Assembly (NCBI GenBank): GCA_045629725.1
Contig: JAZQRT010000080.1
Location: 1 to 10,176, forward strand
DNA length: 10,176 nucleotides
Direction of reading: 5' to 3'
DNA from: Eubacteriales bacterium
GTDB taxonomy: Bacteria; Bacillota; Clostridia; Oscillospirales; CAG-272
Below, one piece after another: positions 1 through 6,496 of this stretch. The notes under the pieces are model-generated. The model was not told the DNA's origin and ran no database searches. It saw only the letters and a list, made by a program, of their open reading frames with translations. The first letter of the stretch is position 1, and each line of letters opens with the position of its first letter. Both the position numbers and the translations under genes were made by a program.

Positions 1-113
1 GGCGGAATGATAGATTTCGATTTGATGTCCGAAACATTGTTTGCTTGGTCAAAAAAATGGATTTCAGAAAACAGTTAAACAAATTGGAATTTGTCGAACA
101 GACAGCGATGTGA
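1..113 (+). other. Possible 3' end of an upstream + strand gene that enters from outside the window. Two frames are open from position 1: frame 1 stops at 76-78 and frame 3 stops at 111-113. The frame is undetermined.
   Basis: Open reading frames run into the window edge. An intrinsic terminator follows at 180-216. No start codon or RBS lies inside the window, so the gene cannot be identified. Confidence 0.2.
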
Positions 114-179
114 GATCTCGCACCTTTTTTGCGTTTTTACCTATGCCTACGCACCGTTTGTGCGCTTCTTCGCAAATAG

Positions 180-216
180 AAAAGCCGCGCACGTAAGTGA
201 GCGGCTTTTCTTTTTG
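180..216 (+). terminator. Rho-independent terminator: 12-13 bp GC-rich stem (aaaagccgcgcac / gtgagcggctttt) with a GTAA tetraloop and a T-run.
   Basis: Inverted repeat 180-192 / 197-209 with one mismatch, followed by tcttttt (209-216). An A-run on the 5' side makes it potentially bidirectional. Confidence 0.6.
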
Positions 217-218
217 TA

Positions 219-303
219 CTTTTCTCTCTTCACTATTCACTTTTCTCTTTTCACTATCCCACGCAACTTTTCCGGAGAAGAAATAATAGAGAAAAGAGAA
301 AAG
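219..303. repeat. Three copies of a ~17-nt T/C-rich motif (TTTTCTCT[C/T]TTCACTAT). Two are direct (219-236 and 240-256) and one is inverted (285-303).
   Basis: Read directly from the sequence. The reverse complement of 285-303 is cttttctcttttctctatt, against 239-256 cttttctcttttcactat. Confidence 0.5.
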
Positions 304-599
304 AAAAGGTAGCTTTTCTCCCGTTGTCGAAAAGCATTGATTTTTATTTGGAAACATGATATAAACTTTTCAAAGACTAAAAAGGATACAACGATTACAA
401 AACAATTATTGCGTTCTGCAACAAGTATCGGTGCCTACATAAATGAAGCCATTTACTATCATATGTTAAAAAAGAACCCTAATACAGTTTTTATTAATAT
501 TCCTTCTCTCAAAGGTATGAATAATGCCTTAATGAATAAATTGACCGAGATATTTTGAGTACTATTTTTCAAAATACACCATCAAAAAGGAGCCACACT

Positions 600-1613
600 A
601 TGCCCAACATACAAAAAGGCAGAAATATATATCTTGACCTTTTCAAATTTTTTCTCTGCTATCTCGTTATAGCGATTCACCTTGCAGGTGAAACTTATTC
701 TCATTTTCCTCTTTACCGCTTGGCGGTGCCCATGTTTTTTCTCATAAGCGGATATTTTAACTATTCCTCCGATACATCTCGGTTGCAGAGTAAGGCTTTG
801 GGATTCATTAAACGGTCATTCCGCTATATGCTCATGGGATTTCTCATTTACATAATCTTCGATTTCGTTATGTGCTACGTCGAGGGACGTGGCGTTGGCT
901 ACTATTTCACCACGCTTTTTTATGAGGATCTCCTCCTTGAGTTTTTTATTCTCAACCGACCGATAACATATACCGGCGCTCAGCTTTGGTTTTTGATCGC
1001 GCTTTTTGTGGTGTCCCTTATCCACTATATCCTCGTCCGATTTGATAGACTCAGATATTATAAGATCATCATTCCCCTTTGCTACCTAATTTACTTTTTC
1101 TTTGCAGGATATATGTATCTTTTCCAAAATACTGATATGCCCATCAGGTACACAAGAAATGCTTTGTTTTTCGGGCTTCCCAATTTTGCTCTTGGGTATA
1201 CTCTTGCAAAATTTGATTTCCACAAAAAATCATGGTATAAATATATCTATCTCCTTCTCGGCATGCTTTGCTTTTTCCTGCAGATTATTGAGGACCGCCT
1301 TGTGAGAGTGGAGAACTGCTCCCTTGAAATGTATATAATGGGAGTGCTCTCAGCCGTTTTCCTCCTCCAATTCTTTTTGGGCATCAAGAAAAGCGACTGT
1401 CCCTTTTACTACCGCTATATCGGCAAAAACGCCTCCTTTGGGGTCTATATCCTCCACATGGCAGTGGCAGTTGTGCTTTCAAAGATCTTCACATTCCCCA
1501 ATCTCATGTTTAAAAGCTTTGTTGTTTTGATCGCGTCGTTTCTTGTGTATGAGATGGCTTACCTTTTGAGCATGGTATTAAAAACATCTCAAAGCAAAAA
1601 ACACTTGCAATAA
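600..1613 (+). CDS. Acyltransferase family 3 (Acyl_transf_3 / OatA-like O-acyltransferase) integral membrane protein, 337 aa.
   Basis: RBS aaaaaggag at 584-592, then ATG at 600 after a 7-nt spacer. The ORF-track TTG at 555 has no RBS. The N-terminus (NIYLDLFKFFLCYLVIAIHLAG...PMFFLISGYF) matches the characteristic start of AT3-family acyltransferases. The protein is hydrophobic and multi-TM throughout. Confidence 0.75.
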   Translation: MPNIQKGRNIYLDLFKFFLCYLVIAIHLAGETYSHFPLYRLAVPMFFLISGYFNYSSDTSRLQSKALGFIKRSFRYMLMGFLIYIIFDFVMCYVEGRGVGYYFTTLFYEDLLLEFFILNRPITYTGAQLWFLIALFVVSLIHYILVRFDRLRYYKIIIPLCYLIYFFFAGYMYLFQNTDMPIRYTRNALFFGLPNFALGYTLAKFDFHKKSWYKYIYLLLGMLCFFLQIIEDRLVRVENCSLEMYIMGVLSAVFLLQFFLGIKKSDCPFYYRYIGKNASFGVYILHMAVAVVLSKIFTFPNLMFKSFVVLIASFLVYEMAYLLSMVLKTSQSKKHLQ

Positions 1614-1633
1614 AACCCAACCTATGTTATAAT
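1605..1633 (+). promoter_or_regulatory. Sigma-70-type promoter TTGCAA-17 nt-(TG)TATAAT with an extended -10. It overlaps the stop codon of the acyltransferase gene.
   Basis: -35 TTGCAA at 1605-1610, 17-nt spacer, TGtTATAAT at 1625-1633. It would start a transcript at ~1640 that contains the leader/terminator structures ahead of the lipoprotein gene pair. Confidence 0.5.
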
Positions 1634-1677
1634 ACTCATATAAAGCGATCCTTTGTTTGGGTACTTATACTTTTAAT

Positions 1678-1715
1678 AAAATCCCGAACAGATCGTTTGG
1701 GATTTTTTGCTTTTT
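1678..1715 (+). terminator. Rho-independent terminator or attenuator between the acyltransferase gene and lipoprotein gene A.
   Basis: 12-bp stem aaaatcccgaac (1678-1689) / gtttgggatttt (1695-1706), 5-nt loop, then ttttttgcttttt. The 3'-arm sequence gtttggg is duplicated upstream at 1655-1661, giving a possible alternative pairing. Confidence 0.65.
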
Positions 1716-1751
1716 ACGAATATGCGTTAAAAAACTGAAAGGAGAATTATT

Positions 1752-2843
1752 ATGAAAAGATCACTTGCTCTTATATTGACCGTTTTCTTCCTGCTTCCTC
1801 TTTTGCTCGGTTCTTGTACACAAACGCCTCAATCAAATGAAACCTCAACACCTGAATCCTCAACATCGGAAGCACCGCTCCCCGAGTTAAAACAGCTCGG
1901 ACTGGATATTGATTCATACTCAACCAAGAACGCATTCAACCCGATTTTAGATGTTCGATATAACCGTTTAAGTCTCAGCACCGCATTTTTCTCAAGCGAC
2001 CCTGAACGAAAAAAGTTTGAAGTTGAGATAACAATAAGCCTCAACGGTTGCCCTGAGCCAAACCTTGAAGATCCTTTTCCCGCAAATTTTTTCCGTAGTG
2101 TCTCTCTGGTTTCAGATTCAGAATCGGTAACAGAAAAAATAAACGGAACTGCCGTTGAAATTGACGCTTCCGTTTTGGAAAAGCTGCCTGAGGATACCAT
2201 AAAAGGCAGATATTCTTTTGATCTTTCCGATTTACCCGACAAAGGGGATTATTCCCTTGAGATCGTACTGTCTCCAAAATCACGAAGCAAGAATAAAAAC
2301 ACGATCCATACCATCAAAAACGCGGTAACGATCGGTGAAAAAATTGAATTTGCAAGCGAAAAAGTTATAGAACTTGCGGACAGTAAGCTTAAAGAAAAGG
2401 CGGCAGATAATAAATATCAATATTACCGCCCCGATCGGCTGAGATACGACTATGAAGAAGACTACTATCACACATGGTTTTATATGTATCTGGAAAAGTA
2501 CCGCACTGATGCGGCTTACGGTGCATACGTTGATATAAACAACAAAAAAGTTACTAAATACGAATTTAAAGATAGAAATAATTATTCCTACTATTTTGAT
2601 AAAATCACCAAAGAAGATATACTCACGGCAGAAAACGCGCTTCTTACAAAGGTAAATGATTACCTTACAAAAGAGGGACAAAAAACCTACACACTTGAAA
2701 ACGCGCCTTTTTGGCTTAGTTGTGAGGGCGGCGGACCTCTTACTCTCTCAACAGAGCTTATCATTCCCGTAAAGGAAGGCGAGGTCTCAGGCTGCGGCGA
2801 TCACAAGCATGCAATGTTTTCAGAAAATATTTACCCCAAATAA
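1752..2843 (+). CDS. Lipoprotein, paralogue A, 363 aa. Signal peptide MKRSLALILTVFFLLPLLLGSC with lipobox L-L-G-S-C. Function unknown.
   Basis: RBS gaaaggag 7 nt before ATG at 1752. SPase II lipobox. Ser/Thr/Glu-rich linker after the Cys. A conserved block (FFSSDPERKKFEVE) and a C-terminal module (ITKEDILTAENALLTKVNDYLTKEGQKTYTLEN ... CGDHKHAMFSENIYPK) are shared with the next gene. Confidence 0.8.
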   Translation: MKRSLALILTVFFLLPLLLGSCTQTPQSNETSTPESSTSEAPLPELKQLGLDIDSYSTKNAFNPILDVRYNRLSLSTAFFSSDPERKKFEVEITISLNGCPEPNLEDPFPANFFRSVSLVSDSESVTEKINGTAVEIDASVLEKLPEDTIKGRYSFDLSDLPDKGDYSLEIVLSPKSRSKNKNTIHTIKNAVTIGEKIEFASEKVIELADSKLKEKAADNKYQYYRPDRLRYDYEEDYYHTWFYMYLEKYRTDAAYGAYVDINNKKVTKYEFKDRNNYSYYFDKITKEDILTAENALLTKVNDYLTKEGQKTYTLENAPFWLSCEGGGPLTLSTELIIPVKEGEVSGCGDHKHAMFSENIYPK

Positions 2844-2882
2844 GAAATAAAAATCGAAATTAACAGAAAGAAGAGACTAACC

Positions 2883-3905
2883 ATGAAAAGAACACTTGCT
2901 CTTATATTGACCGTTTTCTTCCTGCTTCCTCTTTTGCTCAGCTCCTGCACACCCTCACCGAAGCTGATACAAACACAAGCAGGAGAGCCGATCTACAAAA
3001 AACTCTACAATTATGATTCCAAACTCAATCTGAACGTGGGATACTACAGCCTCGATATTGAAGCCCTTTTCTTCTCCGAAGACCCCGAAAGAAGAATATT
3101 TGAAGTGGAATTCACCGTCAAGATCACCGATTATGAAGAAACCGCCAAGGAGAAGCTTTTCCCCGAGAGCTTTTTCTCGCAAGCATATTTCTTGAATTCA
3201 GAGTCCGAGGAAATTAAAATAATGGGTACACCCATTGAAAACTCAAAAATCGAGCAAAAGGACACAGTTATAATAAGATACGCTTTCGATATGGGTGAAA
3301 GTCCTGCCGAGGGAAACTATGATTTAAACGTATTGTTTACTGATAACACCTCGGAGCCAAGCCTCAGTTTTCCCTATGCCGTGATCGTTCGGGATAAGAT
3401 AGAAATATTAAATGAGGTATTTTACCCGATTTCAGATGAAGCGCTTGTAAAAAAAGTCGGTAGTGATAAATCCTCTCAATTTAAACTGAGAAACGTTTTG
3501 TATCAAGCCGAGTCCGACAGCTTTATAATAATGTACAACAGATATTTGGGAGATTATGATACGGACAATTACTACAGCATAACAATTAACGCCAAAGAGA
3601 AAACGACTTCACATGAGGATCTATGTGAATTGACCAATCTTACAAAACTCTTTGAAAACATCACCGACGAGGATATTAAATCAGCAGAGCTTGCTCTTTT
3701 GGAACAGGTCAATAATTACCGTACAAAGGAAGGACAAACAATCTTTACCTTACATGAATTAAAAAGACTAATCCTCCTCTACCCCTATACCAAAGACTAT
3801 GCCTGCCTGTCGGTTGAATTTATCGTTCCTGCAAAAGAAGGCGACGATGCCCCCTGCGATGACCACTGGCACGTGATGTTTGATGAACAAATTTATCCGA
3901 GATAA
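2883..3905 (+). CDS. Lipoprotein, paralogue B, 340 aa. Signal peptide MKRTLALILTVFFLLPLLLSSC. Tandem duplicate of the preceding gene.
   Basis: The first ~60 nt are nearly identical to those of gene A (about 2 mismatches before the lipobox codons). The body is divergent. The same C-terminal motifs are present (DEDIKSAELALLEQVNNYRTKEGQTIFTLHE ... CDDHWHVMFDEQIYPR). There is only a 39-nt gap and no terminator after gene A, so the two are probably co-transcribed. Confidence 0.8.
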   Translation: MKRTLALILTVFFLLPLLLSSCTPSPKLIQTQAGEPIYKKLYNYDSKLNLNVGYYSLDIEALFFSEDPERRIFEVEFTVKITDYEETAKEKLFPESFFSQAYFLNSESEEIKIMGTPIENSKIEQKDTVIIRYAFDMGESPAEGNYDLNVLFTDNTSEPSLSFPYAVIVRDKIEILNEVFYPISDEALVKKVGSDKSSQFKLRNVLYQAESDSFIIMYNRYLGDYDTDNYYSITINAKEKTTSHEDLCELTNLTKLFENITDEDIKSAELALLEQVNNYRTKEGQTIFTLHELKRLILLYPYTKDYACLSVEFIVPAKEGDDAPCDDHWHVMFDEQIYPR

Positions 3906-3914
3906 AGCTTACAC

Positions 3915-3951
3915 GGGATGTAAAACTAAACTATGTTTTACATCCCTTTTT
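3915..3951 (+). terminator. Rho-independent terminator after the lipoprotein pair.
   Basis: Perfect 12-bp stem gggatgtaaaac / gttttacatccc, 8-nt loop, then ttttt. Confidence 0.8.
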
Positions 3952-3962
3952 GTAAAAAAGGG

Positions 3963-3991
3963 TTGACTATTTCAAAATAAAGCAGTATAAT
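3963..3991 (+). promoter_or_regulatory. Consensus sigma-70 promoter TTGACT-17 nt-TATAAT for the LCP-family gene.
   Basis: TTGACT at 3963-3968, 17-nt spacer, TATAAT at 3986-3991. RBS GGAGGA at 4015-4020 and ATG at 4026. Confidence 0.7.
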
Positions 3992-4025
3992 CTATCAGTA
4001 AATATAATTATTTCGGAGGATTTAA

Positions 4026-5471
4026 ATGGCAAGCTTTGCAGATTCCATCCCAAGAGAAAAAAACAGCAACGGATTCCTTAAATTTTTAAAGGTTTTCGGT
4101 ATCGTATTGTGCTCCTTGCTCGGCATAATCATCATCTCGGTTCTTGGGCTTTACTTTATTATCACGAACACTCTCAACAATACACTTTTTGACCAATCCT
4201 GCCCGATCATTGAAGCAAGTGATACCTCTGTCAATTGGATCCCCGCAGAAAACGATCTTATCCCCGTTCTCGTTGATATTCGAGTTACTAAGGAGAAGAC
4301 CGAATATAATATCCCGCTTGCAAGAAATAACGATCAGGATTTTTTTAACGATATAAAGGTAACGGGAAGATTTCTCGGATTAAACGGAGAGATCATTGAA
4401 AAAGATATTGAAGACTTTACGATTGATTTTAGTGAAGATACCTTCACCACGGCAGGAAAAAAGAATCTTCGTATATATATTATCGTTGAATACCTTGGAC
4501 TTAAGGTTACAGCAGAGGCAAACATTCCCATAACCGTGACCTCGGATGGACCATCAAATTCCGATTCTCCCTTTGACTCCGACACCTCCAAGAATTCAGT
4601 GCAGGTTGAATACGATACCTCAAGCCTTTATGAAAACAAGGAAATATATGACGATGACTCACTTGAAAAGATCAAGGAAGGTTATCAGCAGCCTATTTAT
4701 AAGGTTGATCAAAAGGACGAAAACATTTTTAATATTCTTATTATTACAACGGATAATAATAAAGTCGATCCCGATGCAAAAAGAAGCAATATCGGTATTT
4801 TGACCATTCTTTCCTACAATTTCAACACAAGCGAAGCAACGACGTTTAACTTGGACGAAAAAATGATCGGAGCCTATGACGGTCAGTTCTACACCCTCAA
4901 CGGAATTTGGGCGATCGGCGGTCCCGGAGCATTGATAAATTCTATCAATAACATGCTTGATCTTGATATCCAAAGGTATATCTATATGGATCCCTCTTCA
5001 CTTTTGGAGCTTGTTGATACTGTTGGCACAGTTCCGATTACACTTACGGAAGAAGAAATCAATCTTTTGGGACTTGAAAACGTCGCCCCCGGAAACGTAT
5101 TGCTTGACCGCAACATGGCACTCGTATATATTAACCTTGAGGGACCTGACAAAACAAACCGCCAGCAAAAATTTGCAAGTGCCGTTTTGAAGAAAACCTT
5201 TGACGGAATGTCCATTTCCGACTTTTCCTCTTTCATTTCCAAACTTAGCTTTGCAACGAGCAATTTGTCCACAGAGATACTTATTGACCTTGTATTCTCA
5301 AAGGGTATTGACGTTAATAATCTTCAGATCGACCAGTTTAATGCTCCCTTCGGCGAGTTCGGAGAGGATTATTCTTTCGTTGTCTCGGCAAAGGGTAACT
5401 ACGCTATGCTCTATACAGATCTTGAAAAATTGAAAGAAGAGATGTATCAGTACATAGGCTACAGCGACTAA
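4026..5471 (+). CDS. LytR-CpsA-Psr (LCP) family protein, divergent, 481 aa. It has an N-terminal TM anchor and a ~200-aa extracytoplasmic N-terminal extension before the LCP domain.
   Basis: TM helix FLKFLKVFGIVLCSLLGIIIISVLGLYFII. The region NILIITTDNN...RSNIGILTIL...YTLNGIWAIGGPGALINSINNMLDLDIQRYIYMDPSSLLELVDTVGTVPITL...LLDRNMALVYINLEG resembles the LCP-domain consensus (ilgsD...R.Dtiml...kiNaA..GGp...v..llgi.id.yv.vnf.gf..lvDalGGV ... ALaYaR.R). Confidence 0.65.
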   Translation: MASFADSIPREKNSNGFLKFLKVFGIVLCSLLGIIIISVLGLYFIITNTLNNTLFDQSCPIIEASDTSVNWIPAENDLIPVLVDIRVTKEKTEYNIPLARNNDQDFFNDIKVTGRFLGLNGEIIEKDIEDFTIDFSEDTFTTAGKKNLRIYIIVEYLGLKVTAEANIPITVTSDGPSNSDSPFDSDTSKNSVQVEYDTSSLYENKEIYDDDSLEKIKEGYQQPIYKVDQKDENIFNILIITTDNNKVDPDAKRSNIGILTILSYNFNTSEATTFNLDEKMIGAYDGQFYTLNGIWAIGGPGALINSINNMLDLDIQRYIYMDPSSLLELVDTVGTVPITLTEEEINLLGLENVAPGNVLLDRNMALVYINLEGPDKTNRQQKFASAVLKKTFDGMSISDFSSFISKLSFATSNLSTEILIDLVFSKGIDVNNLQIDQFNAPFGEFGEDYSFVVSAKGNYAMLYTDLEKLKEEMYQYIGYSD

Positions 5472-5575
5472 AGCGGTCTGCCTTTCACAGTCAGATCACT
5501 CCAAAGCAAAGCAATTCCTATAAACAAAGAATACCCGACCAAATCACAAGAATTTGATTGATACATTAAGTATTA

Positions 5576-5625
5576 ACCAAAAACACAGCCCCACCGCTAC
5601 GGTGAGGCTGTGTTTTTTACTTTTT
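5576..5625. terminator. Bidirectional rho-independent terminator shared by the convergent LCP gene (+) and the lipoprotein / flotillin operon (-).
   Basis: Stem acacagccccaccg (5583-5596) / cggtgaggctgtgt (5600-5613) with one mismatch, flanked by aaaaaca upstream and ttttttacttttt downstream. U-runs are therefore present on both strands. Confidence 0.8.
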
Positions 5626-5626
5626 A

Positions 5627-6403
5627 TTAAAACCCGTCATACTCGTCAAGGTCTGAAGGAACGTTTACATTCACTTCCTTACCGGGATCAACTATCTTAA
5701 GGTCATCGGTTACCTGAACTTCAATATCAAACGTTTGTGTTTGAACCTTGACCTTCAGCTTAAGATCATATGAAACCGAATAGCTTACAACGTATCCGTC
5801 CTTTACCTCGATTCCAACCTTACAATTATCAAAGGTCTTTGAGTTTATTTTTCCTATCGCTTCCACGGATGCAACAGAACGGTCTATATACTCTTTGAAA
5901 TTTGCCTCAAACACCTCGGGGGTAAGCTCAAATTCAATCTTTCCCTCTTCAAGTGTCTTTTCTCCGAACTGCTCCTCCGGTATCATACGGAAAAAGGATT
6001 TAACAAGGTCATAGACATTGTAGCTGTCTGTTTCTTTGCCCTCTTTTACCTTTGTCTTTGATCCAAGAGCATCAAGATAAAAATATCCATCTTTATAATA
6101 AAGACCCATATCAACCGTAACGCCGCTTGTTTTTATCGAAAGATCGGTGGAATATTCCGGAGTCTCAGTATTAAATCCCTTGAACACCGAGGTTATATTA
6201 GTCTTCTGAGTCTGTGTTGACCCATCAACCTTCTGCTTGGCGTTTTCATCGAGCACAACCTTGACCATATCAAGTGCAAGGGTGTTTTCTATCGCTTCTG
6301 TTACTGCTTCATAAGGTGTTTTTTCCTTTTTACAGGATACAAGCGAAAGAGATGAAATTACCATAATTACAGCAAGAACCAATGATAAAATCTTTGTCTT
6401 CAT
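5627..6403 (-). CDS. Lipoprotein, 258 aa. Signal peptide MKTKILSLVLAVIMVISSLSLVSC with lipobox L-V-S-C. It is the last gene of the flotillin operon. Function unknown.
   Basis: RBS AAAAGGAG 6 nt upstream of ATG (reverse complement of 6401-6418). No convincing terminator separates it from the flotillin gene 93 nt upstream. It is terminated by the bidirectional terminator at 5576-5625. Confidence 0.75.
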   Translation of the reverse strand: MKTKILSLVLAVIMVISSLSLVSCKKEKTPYEAVTEAIENTLALDMVKVVLDENAKQKVDGSTQTQKTNITSVFKGFNTETPEYSTDLSIKTSGVTVDMGLYYKDGYFYLDALGSKTKVKEGKETDSYNVYDLVKSFFRMIPEEQFGEKTLEEGKIEFELTPEVFEANFKEYIDRSVASVEAIGKINSKTFDNCKVGIEVKDGYVVSYSVSYDLKLKVKVQTQTFDIEVQVTDDLKIVDPGKEVNVNVPSDLDEYDGF

Positions 6404-6496
6404 AGTATTCTCCTTTTATCCTTTTAATAATGATAAATTTGACGTCATTGTGATTTTTTTCCAAGAAAAAACGTATTCCTTGATAACTGCCGTTAA

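Noticed and set aside
64-558. ORFs 64-357 (-), 91-312 (+) and 337-558 (+) in the 5' intergenic region.
   Set aside because: They span an intrinsic terminator and a T/C-rich repeat cluster, they lack RBSs, and their translations are low-complexity (for example FLFSFLYYFF). They are most likely non-coding intergenic or promoter DNA.
555-599. ORF-track N-terminal extensions: acyltransferase from TTG 555, flotillin from TTG 7915, and the MerR-like protein from ATG 9230.
   Set aside because: In each case a strong Shine-Dalgarno sequence sits inside the proposed extension, 6-8 nt upstream of an internal ATG (600, 7900 and 9182). The extension therefore translates the RBS itself.
816-3182. Antisense or overlapping ORFs inside the acyltransferase and lipoprotein genes (816-1025-, 1102-1305+, 1829-2242-, 2041-2283-, 2280-2681-, 2955-3182-).
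   Set aside because: They are nested within better-supported CDSs that have RBSs and signal peptides, and they have no independent translation signals.
3451-4063. Poly-A7 tracts in lipoprotein B (about 3452-3458) and at the 5' end of the LCP gene (4057-4063), considered as phase-variation switches.
   Set aside because: Runs of 7 A are too short for efficient slipped-strand mispairing, and they are common in AT-rich genomes. No longer homopolymers or dinucleotide repeats are present.
4144-5433. Small ORFs inside or antisense to the LCP gene (4144-4356+, 4334-4591-, 4546-4803+, 4659-4973-, 4957-5190+, 4982-5272-, 5200-5433+).
   Set aside because: They all overlap the 481-aa LCP-family CDS, which has a promoter, an RBS and a terminator. 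None of them has an RBS.
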